64,000 nucleotides of DNA, from the NCBI GenBank assembly GCA_008690995.1, contig VRMN01000003.1, positions 806,001 through 870,000 of the forward strand, in the 5' to 3' direction. The position numbers were made by a program, and so were the translations under genes. A model generated the notes under the pieces. It did no database searches. It was not told the origin of the DNA and saw nothing but the letters and a program-made list of their open reading frames with translations. The stretch comes from Porphyridium purpureum. Lineage: Eukaryota. Positions 54,601 through 63,666 of the stretch are shown here, in pieces. Positions within the stretch are counted from its first letter, which is position 1, and every line of letters starts with the position of its first letter.

Positions 54601-55544
54601 TGCTCTATGCAAGGTTGGTTGTGTCCACGGTTCCCGTACTTGAGCTTGTGAGTCGAAAATCCGGCCGCCAATGCGAGCAGCTGGTGACCGAGGCAAATGC
54701 CAAACACCGGCTTTGGCACGGCACCGCTGCCTTCTGATTTAGCGTCGAATGCAATCGCCTTACGGAGGTGCGCGATGGTGACGTCGGCCATCATGGGATC
54801 ACCAGGGCCATTGGACACAAAGATACCGTCAAACTCACCGTCCTCCTCGTGGGCGGCCGGCGACGTGAAGTCATAGTCAAAGGGTACCATGGTGACTTTG
54901 CAGCCGCGCTTGAGGAGGCAGCGCAGCTGGTTGTTTTTGAGCCCGACATCTACCACCACAATGTGCGGAGCACCTTGCGGGTTGAACACCCGCTTTTGCG
55001 CGATGGACACCTCGCGCACCAAATTTCGCGTGTTCGGGTCGTCGAACGGCAGACTCGCCTCGTCTGGCACCGACGGGTCATCATCCACCACAATTTTTGC
55101 CAGCATGGTACCAGACTCGCGAATCGTTTTCGTAAGCAGGCGCGTGTCAATGCCAGCTATGCCCGGCACATCAAAGGAGCGCATCCACGCGCCCAGCGAG
55201 CCGGCCGCGTTCCAGTGGCTGAACTGCTCGTCGCCGCTATACTCAGCCACAATGAGCGCAGCGGCGTGGATGCGGTCGCTCTCCACAAATCGTGGGACAC
55301 CAAACTCGTCACTCTCTTCCATCTTTGGGGCGCCATAGTTACCGATCAGCGGAAATGTCAGGGTGAGAAGCTGGCCCTTGTACGAAGGATCTGTGAGTGA
55401 CTCTGGGTAGCCCACCATGCCTGTCTGGAACACTGCCTCCCCACTGACCGACTTTGCAGCGCCAAAGCTGTAACCGCGCAGCCGCATGCCATTCGAGAGC
55501 ACGAGCGTCGCACCGCGGCGCTTCCTCTCTGCTGTCGCCACCAT
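48666..55544 (-). CDS. URA2: CAD/URA2-type multifunctional protein: GATase - carbamoyl-phosphate synthetase - degenerate DHOase - aspartate transcarbamoylase
   Basis: [85 protein letters not shown]; DHO-like [33 protein letters not shown]. Confidence 0.97.
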   Translation of the reverse strand: [2292 protein letters not shown]

Positions 55545-56174
55545 TTTTCCTGCTCGCACCGTTGGTCTACTGCGCGGCGCTCTCACACTCTCACTCGCCG
55601 CGGCGCGTCTGCCCGACCTCTTTCTTCAGCGCCAGACCTCGATGTGCTACAACGACGGCGACGACCACCACCACTGCAGCGACACGTCGATGCTCTCAAC
55701 CCGTCGCGCACGGCAGGGACGACGGCGGCGACGACGACGATGGCTGGGCGGCGGGACAGGACGATGTGTCAAATACGAATGCGAGAATCAAGATCGCAAC
55801 AAGCACCATGCACTCATTCAGCCTTCATTCATTCATCGATTCATGCATGCATGCACTCCTGCATCTGTCGATTCATTCAGCACGCGCGTCCGCCGGGGGG
55901 ACACATGAATCCGAGAAAATGCACGCGGCACCAAACCCCCCTCAAACCACCGCCCAACCAGCCGAAGCGGCGTGCCCGTTCCACACGCGCGCGCAGTTCA
56001 TACCAAAACGCGCCGCATTGCTAGTACGACGCGGCAGGAGGTACAGCTCGCACCCACGCACGCACCGCCCCACCTCTTCCGGCCGCACCAGCGCGCAGAA
56101 CGGCCGTGCGAGGAGAAGCACTGCGCGACGCGCAGGTGCCGGCGCTTCGCGGCTAAACGGCGCGCCGATGGAAT

Positions 56175-56202
56175 TAACCGGTAACCGGTAACCGGGAACC
56201 GG
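56175..56202 (+). repeat. Tandem heptamer (TAACCGG)3 + GAACCGG
   Basis: taaccggtaaccggtaaccgggaaccgg. Confidence 0.75.
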
Positions 56203-56579
56203 GGACCTTGGCGGGTGACTGGAGCCGCGCCACGGTCGCCGCAGCGTTGTGCAAGGCCAGGCGAGGACGAGACCCGACCGCCGGTTGCGCGTGGTCGCCG
56301 GACGCGGGTAGAGAAAAGGACGCGGCGCGGCGCGGCTCCTCCACGGCTCTTCGTCGAGCCGATGCACAGCATACAAACACGACCCTCGTTGTGCTTTCCG
56401 CGTCTGGACAAGGGCGAACATGGGATATGTTTAGAGTTTGTGCGGAACTGCGCGTGCGCGCATCATGTCAAGCCGTGCGCTTGCTGTCGAGAAACGCGGG
56501 CGCGCCTCGCAGCAGGAACACAGCCTCTCGCCGGCCGTCAACGCGTGCAGCACTTGCAGGCTGGCTGGCCGGCCAACTG

Positions 56580-56611
56580 GCCAATCAGCCAATCAGCCAA
56601 TCAGCCAATCA
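56580..56611 (+). promoter_or_regulatory. Four tandem GCCAATCA (CCAAT-box) units in the divergent URA2/phosphorylase intergenic region
   Basis: gccaatcagccaatcagccaatcagccaatca, period 8. Confidence 0.55.
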
Positions 56612-56999
56612 TCCAGCCAGCAGGCCAGCGCTCATACAACCACCTGCGCTCTGCATGCTCCGCGCGCCCGCACGCATGGCCACGCCAACGTCGTTGGCCT
56701 GGACATCGAGCACCGCCACATGACGTGCCATCCACCCCTGCAGGCCAGATCCCTCCCCGCGCGAACGGCGTGTACCGATCACTGTACTTCTATACCAGAC
56801 GAAGTACAGTGCACATATCTGCGGCTGGTTTGGTAGTTTTGTTTGTTGTTGTGTGTTGCGGTTGTGTTAGTAGAAGCGGATAGTGGCCAACGGATTTACG
56901 GTGGGGCGCCTTGTTTTTTTTTCTCTTTTTAGTGTTGGATTCGGACACACCCACATACACACAATAACCGACGCGTCGATGCATAGACTGGAAGTTGAG

Positions 57000-57017
57000 G
57001 ACACACACACACACACA
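57000..57017 (+). repeat. (AC)n microsatellite
   Basis: acacacacacacacac. Confidence 0.8.
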
Positions 57018-57202
57018 CTCCTGGACGACGACTCGACGCGTTTATGATAGGTGCTGCGACGACGCGGTAGTAGATAGTATATAGCAGGGAACGGCAAGGC
57101 GGAGCATAGGTCGGGAAGGTGGGTGAAGGGGGAGGCTTAACGATCGGGAGTGGCCGAGGTGAAGTGGGGAGGAAGAAGAGGAGGAGGGGGAGGAGTGGCA
57201 CG

Positions 57203-59833
57203 ATGGCGGCTCTGACAAAGCGAACGGCGTCGTTCCAGGATCTGCACAAGGGGCACGTGTCTGAGCCGGAGGCGCGGTACAGCGGCACCGGCCACACCAC
57301 GCCAAACGATGGCGTCGAGACGTCCGAGAAGCGCAACATGCTGCTGACGTCGCTCATGTCGCAGTACCTGTCGCGCGAGCCGCAGGCGATTCAGCGCCAG
57401 ATCGTCAACCACGTCGAGTACACGCTCGCGCGCACCCGCTACAACTTTGACGCGTTCGGCGCCTACCAGGCAACCAGTCTCTCCGTGCGCGACCGTCTGC
57501 TCGAGTCCTGGAACGACACGCAGCAGTTCTTCACCGAGCGCGATGTGAAGCGCGTCTACTACCTGTCTCTCGAGTTTCTCATGGGCCGCTACCTGCAGAA
57601 CGCGCTCGTAAACATGGGTGTGAGGTCCAACTTTGAGGAGGCGCTGCTTGGTCTCGGCTACAAGTTGGAGGATTTACTCGAGCAGGAGCGCGACCCAGGA
57701 CTGGGTAACGGCGGCCTGGGCCGCCTGGCCGCGTGCTTCATGGACTCGCTGGCCACGCTCAACTATCCGGGCTGGGGCTACGGCATCCGCTACAAGTACG
57801 GCATGTTCTACCAGAAGATCAGCGCCGAGGGCTACCAGATCGAGGTACCGGACTACTGGCTGACGCACGGCAATCCGTGGGAGGTGGAACGACTTGATGT
57901 CACGTACCCGGTACGCTTCTTTGGGCACATCGAGTGGAGCGATAAGGGCATTCTGTGGACGGGTGGTGAGGTCGTACGTGCCATCGCATACGACTCGCCC
58001 ATTCCGGGCTATGACACTTACAACACGCTCAACTTGCGTCTGTGGTCTGCAGCACCAGCCACGGAGTTTGACCTGGACTCGTTCTCGCGCGGCGACTACT
58101 TTGGAGCGATTGCTAACAAGGAAGCGAGTGAGAAGATCTCGTCGGTGCTCTACCCGAATGATTCCACGGACGCCGGGAAGGAGCTCCGCCTCAAGCAGCA
58201 GTACTTTTTCGTGAGCGCGACGTTGCAGGATGCGGTGAGGCGATTCCTCAAGAAGGATCGCCCGCTGACCGAGCTGCACACCAAGGTGGCAATCCAGCTG
58301 AACGATACACATCCGACCATTGCCATTGTGGAACTGATGCGCATCATGATGGACGAGCGAGGCTACGGCTGGACAGCGTCGTGGGAAACGGTTCAAAAGG
58401 TGTTCTCGTACACCAACCACACGGTGCTTCCGGAGGCGCTAGAGAAGTGGCAAGTACCGCTCATGGAAAAGCTGCTGCCTCGCCACATGCAGATCATCTA
58501 CGAAATCAACAGGCGCTTCCTGGAGGTGATTGCGAAGAAGTACCCGGGCGACGGACAGAAGCTGCAGCGCATGAGCATCATTGAGGACGGATACCCCAAG
58601 ATGGTGCGCATGGCCAACCTAGCCGTGGTCGGCACGCACTGCGTGAACGGTGTGGCGGCCATTCACTCGGGGCTGGTTCGTCAGAACCTGTTCCCCGACT
58701 TTGTCGAGGAAGGCTACCAAATCGTTAACGTCACAAACGGTGTCACGCCGCGCCGCTGGCTGCAGCAGGCCAATCCCGCTCTGAGCGAGGTCATCTCGCG
58801 CTGGCTCGAAACCGACGACTGGGTAGGGAATTATGAGTACTGCAAGGGACTCGAACAGTACGTGGACAATGCCGACTTGCAGCGCGAATTTGCGGACGCC
58901 AAGATGGTGAACAAGAAGACCCTGGCTGCTCTTGTGAAGGCGACATTCGGCGAGGAAATCAACTGCGACGCACTGTTTGATATTCAGATCAAGCGAATCC
59001 ATGAGTACAAGCGCCAGTTGCTCAACATTCTTGGTGTGATTGCGCGCTACAACAAGCTGAAGCGAATGAGCCACGCTGAGCGTGAGCAGCAGGTCGAGCG
59101 TGTGCACTTTTTCGGAGGCAAGGCCGCCGCGTCGTACGTTCAGGCCAAGAACATCATCCGCCTGATCACGGGCGTTCAGCATGTCATTAATGCGGACGCG
59201 GACACCAACAAGTACCTCAAGTGCTTCTTCATGCCCAACTACAATGTTACGCTGGCGGAGACGCTTATCCCGGCAAATGATGTTTCGGAACACATCTCTA
59301 CAGCTGGTTTGGAAGCGTCCGGAACATCCAACATGAAGTTTGTCATGAATGGCGGTATTATCATCGGCACGATGGATGGCGCAAACATCGAGATTCGCGA
59401 GCAGGTCGGCGACGACCAGATATTCATCTTTGGTCTGCACACCCCGGAGATTGAGGACGCTCGCAATGCGCTTAAGTATGGCCAGTACAAGGTGCATGAT
59501 GCGCGACTGGACGAGGCTATCAATCAGATCAAGTCCGGAATGTTCTGCTCGCAGGAAACCGCAGGACCCATCGTTCGCGCGTTGGAGCCGTACAACGATT
59601 TCTATCTCGTAGCTCGCGACTTTTCGTCGTACATGGAGGCGCAGGACCGCGTTGACGCTGCGTACAAGGATTCGTCTAGCTGGATTAAGCGTTGTATCCT
59701 TGCTGTTGCTCGAATGGGTTTCTTCTCTAGCGATCGCACGATCCACGATTATGCCGAGAAGATCTGGGGCATTGAGGCTACACCGTTTGTGCCGGGATCG
59801 ATTAGCTTTAAGGACCCCTCTGCGAAGGCATAA
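57203..59833 (+). CDS. Alpha-glucan (glycogen/floridean starch) phosphorylase, GT35
   Basis: YYLSLEFLMGR, DPGLGNGGLGRLAACF, LYPND, ELRLKQQYFF, IQLNDTHP, YTNHTVLPEALE, TNGVTPRRW, IKRIHEYKRQ, EASGTSNMKF (PLP Lys), FSSDRTI. No transit peptide. Confidence 0.98.
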   Translation: MAALTKRTASFQDLHKGHVSEPEARYSGTGHTTPNDGVETSEKRNMLLTSLMSQYLSREPQAIQRQIVNHVEYTLARTRYNFDAFGAYQATSLSVRDRLLESWNDTQQFFTERDVKRVYYLSLEFLMGRYLQNALVNMGVRSNFEEALLGLGYKLEDLLEQERDPGLGNGGLGRLAACFMDSLATLNYPGWGYGIRYKYGMFYQKISAEGYQIEVPDYWLTHGNPWEVERLDVTYPVRFFGHIEWSDKGILWTGGEVVRAIAYDSPIPGYDTYNTLNLRLWSAAPATEFDLDSFSRGDYFGAIANKEASEKISSVLYPNDSTDAGKELRLKQQYFFVSATLQDAVRRFLKKDRPLTELHTKVAIQLNDTHPTIAIVELMRIMMDERGYGWTASWETVQKVFSYTNHTVLPEALEKWQVPLMEKLLPRHMQIIYEINRRFLEVIAKKYPGDGQKLQRMSIIEDGYPKMVRMANLAVVGTHCVNGVAAIHSGLVRQNLFPDFVEEGYQIVNVTNGVTPRRWLQQANPALSEVISRWLETDDWVGNYEYCKGLEQYVDNADLQREFADAKMVNKKTLAALVKATFGEEINCDALFDIQIKRIHEYKRQLLNILGVIARYNKLKRMSHAEREQQVERVHFFGGKAAASYVQAKNIIRLITGVQHVINADADTNKYLKCFFMPNYNVTLAETLIPANDVSEHISTAGLEASGTSNMKFVMNGGIIIGTMDGANIEIREQVGDDQIFIFGLHTPEIEDARNALKYGQYKVHDARLDEAINQIKSGMFCSQETAGPIVRALEPYNDFYLVARDFSSYMEAQDRVDAAYKDSSSWIKRCILAVARMGFFSSDRTIHDYAEKIWGIEATPFVPGSISFKDPSAKA

Positions 59834-59985
59834 GGCACTTGATTGACCGGTGAGCGTATCTTAGCATCGTGGCAGCGCGTGACGCAATTTCTTTCTTCTT
59901 TTCCTTAATTTCTGTGACAGTGAATCTTGCGCACATGCTTGCGTGTGCGAGGACTGCAGCCTCGTCGTTTAGATTTTAGTCTCCT

Positions 59986-61422
59986 ATGACGGGCTTGTCC
60001 CATACCTTTCCTACACGAAGAGGGATTGGCTCTCAGGTGTCGCATTATAAAAGAGAACAAGGTCTTTTGAAGTGCTGGACAACTCAGATGGAGGTCCAGC
60101 TCGATCGGCTCGAGCGGATGTGGCGAGAAGTTCTCGCTCACGAGGCCTGGGTCCGTGGCGAGCTGGGTGCGTCAATAGACGAGGCGCGCATGTGGACCCG
60201 TGCTCCAGAGTCGCGTTTGCAATGCACCTCATTCAAAATCAAAAGAGTAAGCTGGTCTGAGCTGAGCAATGCAGCATTCTGGCAACACTGCATGTTTGCG
60301 AATATCCCCGTCCTGATCACGATGCCATCAGACCGCCAGGAAAATGTATTTCTGGGCGCCTTGGCCAAGGAATGGACGCTTGAGCAAACGCCGCGGGGTC
60401 AGAGCCCTAACACAGAGCCAAATCGTTATCTTGTGAATCGAGGCAGTATCCTGCGCAGTAGCTACGCAGAATGCGTCGTGCCAGTGAAAGAACTCATGCC
60501 GGATGGCGAGGTGCGTGAGCTGCGGGAAAAGGTGACGCTGAGGGAGTGGATCGAGCGAGACTTGTGGCGCGACCCAGCATTGTATCTCAAGGACTGGCAT
60601 TTTATCAAGGAGCATCCACATGCCGACCTGTACACGACGCCGCCATTTTTCCGGGAAGACTGGCTAGATCTTTACTACCGGGAGCTGCGCAGTTATTGTG
60701 ACGACTTTCGATTTGTTTATTGGGGAGGAAAGAACAGCATCACGCCGTTCCACACGGATGTGCTGGGCTCCTTTTCGTGGTCCATGAATCTAGCCGGCTC
60801 CAAGCACTGGACCATGGAGATTCCAACTCGCCAAATCATCCATACATGTGACGCTGCAGAGACGGCTCGAGCAAGGGACGCAGCGCCTTTCCTGTCTCCT
60901 TGCGAGCAGACCTTCACTTTTCTCCAGGAATCAAATGAAATCGTCTTTGTGCCTTCGCAATGGAAGCACACTGTGCGCAATCTGGACAGCGATGTGCTCA
61001 GCGTGAACCACAACTGGATTAATGGCGCCAATGTGTCATTTGCCTTTGCCGTTGCCGAGGAAGAGCTGACTAGCATGGAATCGAATCTCGCAAAGTTTGG
61101 CCCAGAAGTTCTTGCCGGCGTTGATGCAGCGCATATGAACGTCTTGGTGCGAGCATGTTGCTCCATGAGCATGGACGAAATTACGGTTCTTTGCCTCTTG
61201 GGCATTTTGACCAGCCTAAAGCAGATAATCAAGTTACAGGTCAACACTGTGGCGGTCGAAAAGGACGTATCATCAGTGTTGATGACAGCGTCCATTGTGA
61301 GGGCACGAGAGACGCTGGCCAAATGCATCAGCCGCTTTGCGATTTATTTGGAGTCTGAGGCTCTTGAGCGGCTCTGCACGCGTGTCCTCAGCTGGCTCGA
61401 AAATTCCAAGCTCTTTAACTGA
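59986..61422 (+). CDS. JMJD4: JmjC 2-oxoglutarate/Fe(II) oxygenase JMJD4 (start 59986 or 60088)
   Basis: ANIPVLI, LYLKDWHF, DDFRFVYWG, TPFHTDV..SFSWS.NLAGSKHW (HxD), FVPSQWKHTVRN, SVNHNWING. Confidence 0.88.
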   Translation: MTGLSHTFPTRRGIGSQVSHYKREQGLLKCWTTQMEVQLDRLERMWREVLAHEAWVRGELGASIDEARMWTRAPESRLQCTSFKIKRVSWSELSNAAFWQHCMFANIPVLITMPSDRQENVFLGALAKEWTLEQTPRGQSPNTEPNRYLVNRGSILRSSYAECVVPVKELMPDGEVRELREKVTLREWIERDLWRDPALYLKDWHFIKEHPHADLYTTPPFFREDWLDLYYRELRSYCDDFRFVYWGGKNSITPFHTDVLGSFSWSMNLAGSKHWTMEIPTRQIIHTCDAAETARARDAAPFLSPCEQTFTFLQESNEIVFVPSQWKHTVRNLDSDVLSVNHNWINGANVSFAFAVAEEELTSMESNLAKFGPEVLAGVDAAHMNVLVRACCSMSMDEITVLCLLGILTSLKQIIKLQVNTVAVEKDVSSVLMTASIVRARETLAKCISRFAIYLESEALERLCTRVLSWLENSKLFN

Positions 61423-61540
61423 TCAGCCACGGTGTCCGAACAAGGCGAGCATTCTTTTCTTCGCTTCTTGTAAGTGTCTTTACTTTTATTTCACAGAATG
61501 GAACGAGTGAAGCGGGAGTGAGCTCGACAGCTCATGTTCT

Positions 61541-63064
61541 TCAAACATTGTACACCATGCTCTCGCGGTCAAAGCCCGCCGTTTCAAATTTCTTTGCAAA
61601 GCTCTCAACATCTGAGCGCAGCGCGGCAATTTCTGGTTCATCAGCGGTTACCGCTGCCTTGAAATCCTTCTGCGTCTTGTACATGCCCTTCAGCCTCTTT
61701 GCAATCTTGACACCTCGATCGATGAACTTGGCCACTTGGGCAAAGTCCTCCTCCATGAAGCCGCGAGTGGTCATGGCGTGCGTGCCCATGCGAATGCCGT
61801 GCGGGTTGAATGCGCTCACGTCGCCAGGCACGGTGTTCTTGTTCAGCGCGATGGATGCCAGCTCAAGTACACGCTCCACGCGCGCGCCGTCTACGGCCAC
61901 CGGCCTCAGGTCCACAAGCATCAGGTGATTATCGGTGCCTCCAGACACAAGCGCGTAGCCCAGGTCGACCATGGCCTGCGCGAACGCCTGACAGTTTCTA
62001 AGCACCTGCTCTTGGTACAATTTGAACTCCGGGGCCTGTGCCATTTTCAGAGCAACTGCAAGGCCAGTGATGGTGTGGTTGTGCGGGCCTCCTTGCAGCC
62101 CCGGAAACACGGCCGAGTTGATGGGGTTCTTCAAGTCGTACATCGTCTCCTCGCCCGTCTTGGCGTTCACGGATCGCACGCCCTCTCGGTAGAAAATCAT
62201 CGCGCCGCGCGGGCCACGAAGAGCCTTGTGCGTGGTCGTCGTCACCACGTCCGCATACTCAAAGGGACCGGGCACCACGTCCGCAGCCACAAGGCCCGAA
62301 ATGTGCGCCATGTCGGCAAGCAGGTACGCGTCTACCGAGTCGGCGATCTCGCGCATTCGCTTATAGTCGTAGTGGCGCGGGTATGCCGATGCACCAGCAA
62401 TAATGAGCTTGGGCCGGAATAACAGAGCGTTCTCTGCGAGCTTGTCATAGTCGATGATTCCCGTCTGCTCGTTCAGGCGGTACGGCATGGATTCAAAAAA
62501 GATGGACGTTGCCGAGACACGCTTCTTCGGTGTCATGAAGCCGTGAGACAAATGCCCGCCGTGCGGCAAGTCGAGTGCCATGATGCGATCGTGCGGATTG
62601 AGAAGCGCGGTGTACACGGCCATGTTGGATGGTGAGCCGGAAAGCGCCTGCACGTTCACGCCCCACTTCTTCGGATCCAGGCGGTACGCCGCCAGCGCGC
62701 GCTCCTGGCACAAGGTCTCTGCCATATCGATAAACTCATTCCCACCGTAGTACCTTGCGCCCGGGTATCCTTCCGAGTACTTGTTCGTCATCGGCGAGCC
62801 GACGGCTTCCATGACGGCGCGCGGCGCAAAGTTCTCGGACGGAATCAGCTGGATCCCCCGCCACTGCCTGTTCTTCTCCTTCTCGATAATATCGTACACC
62901 TCTGGGTCGTAATCCTTGAGCCGCACATTCATCTGCCGCACCGAGTCGCCAAACGTCGCGCCTTCCTCCGTCGCGAACGCCGGCATGCTCGCGAACATGC
63001 GCACGCCGCGCAGCGCGTGCACCGCGCCGACGGCGCTCAGCCGTCCCTGCATGATCAGCGCCAT
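61541..63064 (-). CDS. SHMT: Serine hydroxymethyltransferase, likely mitochondrial
   Basis: [56 protein letters not shown] (PLP Lys), [14 protein letters not shown]. Arg-containing presequence. Confidence 0.97.
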   Translation of the reverse strand: MALIMQGRLSAVGAVHALRGVRMFASMPAFATEEGATFGDSVRQMNVRLKDYDPEVYDIIEKEKNRQWRGIQLIPSENFAPRAVMEAVGSPMTNKYSEGYPGARYYGGNEFIDMAETLCQERALAAYRLDPKKWGVNVQALSGSPSNMAVYTALLNPHDRIMALDLPHGGHLSHGFMTPKKRVSATSIFFESMPYRLNEQTGIIDYDKLAENALLFRPKLIIAGASAYPRHYDYKRMREIADSVDAYLLADMAHISGLVAADVVPGPFEYADVVTTTTHKALRGPRGAMIFYREGVRSVNAKTGEETMYDLKNPINSAVFPGLQGGPHNHTITGLAVALKMAQAPEFKLYQEQVLRNCQAFAQAMVDLGYALVSGGTDNHLMLVDLRPVAVDGARVERVLELASIALNKNTVPGDVSAFNPHGIRMGTHAMTTRGFMEEDFAQVAKFIDRGVKIAKRLKGMYKTQKDFKAAVTADEPEIAALRSDVESFAKKFETAGFDRESMVYNV

Positions 63065-63666
63065 CACCACCACGCCTCTCCCGCTCTCTCCTTCTCACCC
63101 GTCACGACGCCACCCCAACCGCACTTCCCTACAGTCTCTCATCAACTCTCCTCTGCATATACAAAGCGCCTTTCTCCCTTCTGTTTTGGCCTCCCACCTT
63201 CCATGGATGGCTCTCAGTGTCAAATACCTGTTCTCCCACCGAACCGCCATCCCTCCTTCCATTCTCTATAAGGTCGCCAGGAGATTCGGGCATGTTCATA
63301 CCAAACCACGCCGCATTCATTAGAGCGTCCAGTTTCTCTATGCTCGAGATCCAGTTTAATGGAGGTTGCACTGTGAGACATAAAACACCGTACCTTTCAA
63401 AGGAGGAGGTACACTACGGTGGTCGATGTACACTGAGCTCACACTCTCAGTGTCCGTAGTAGAGTAGCTAGACTTACACCCGGCTTTGCGCATGTGTTCA
63501 GGCGTAAACCCTAGAAGTAATCGCGCCGGTCGGTTAGAATGAGGGTTGTGTGAACGCCTCAGGTGATGGTGAGGAGTGGCGACAGACGGATAATGCGGAG
63601 ACTGGGGCAGGTGGAAAGGCGAAGCAAGAGCTGGAGAAGAGGGAGGGAGGTGGGAAGGGTGGCGCG

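Noticed and set aside
53472..54737. 421-aa plus-strand ORF
   Set aside because: Antisense shadow of URA2/CAD; long antisense ORFs are expected with GC-rich codon usage, and it has no motifs.
56175..56611. Short tandem repeats as a possible CRISPR array or telomere
   Set aside because: Units of 7-8 bp with no spacers, only 3-4 copies, and an internal location.
58619..59746. 375-aa minus-strand ORF
   Set aside because: Antisense to the phosphorylase gene; no independent signal.
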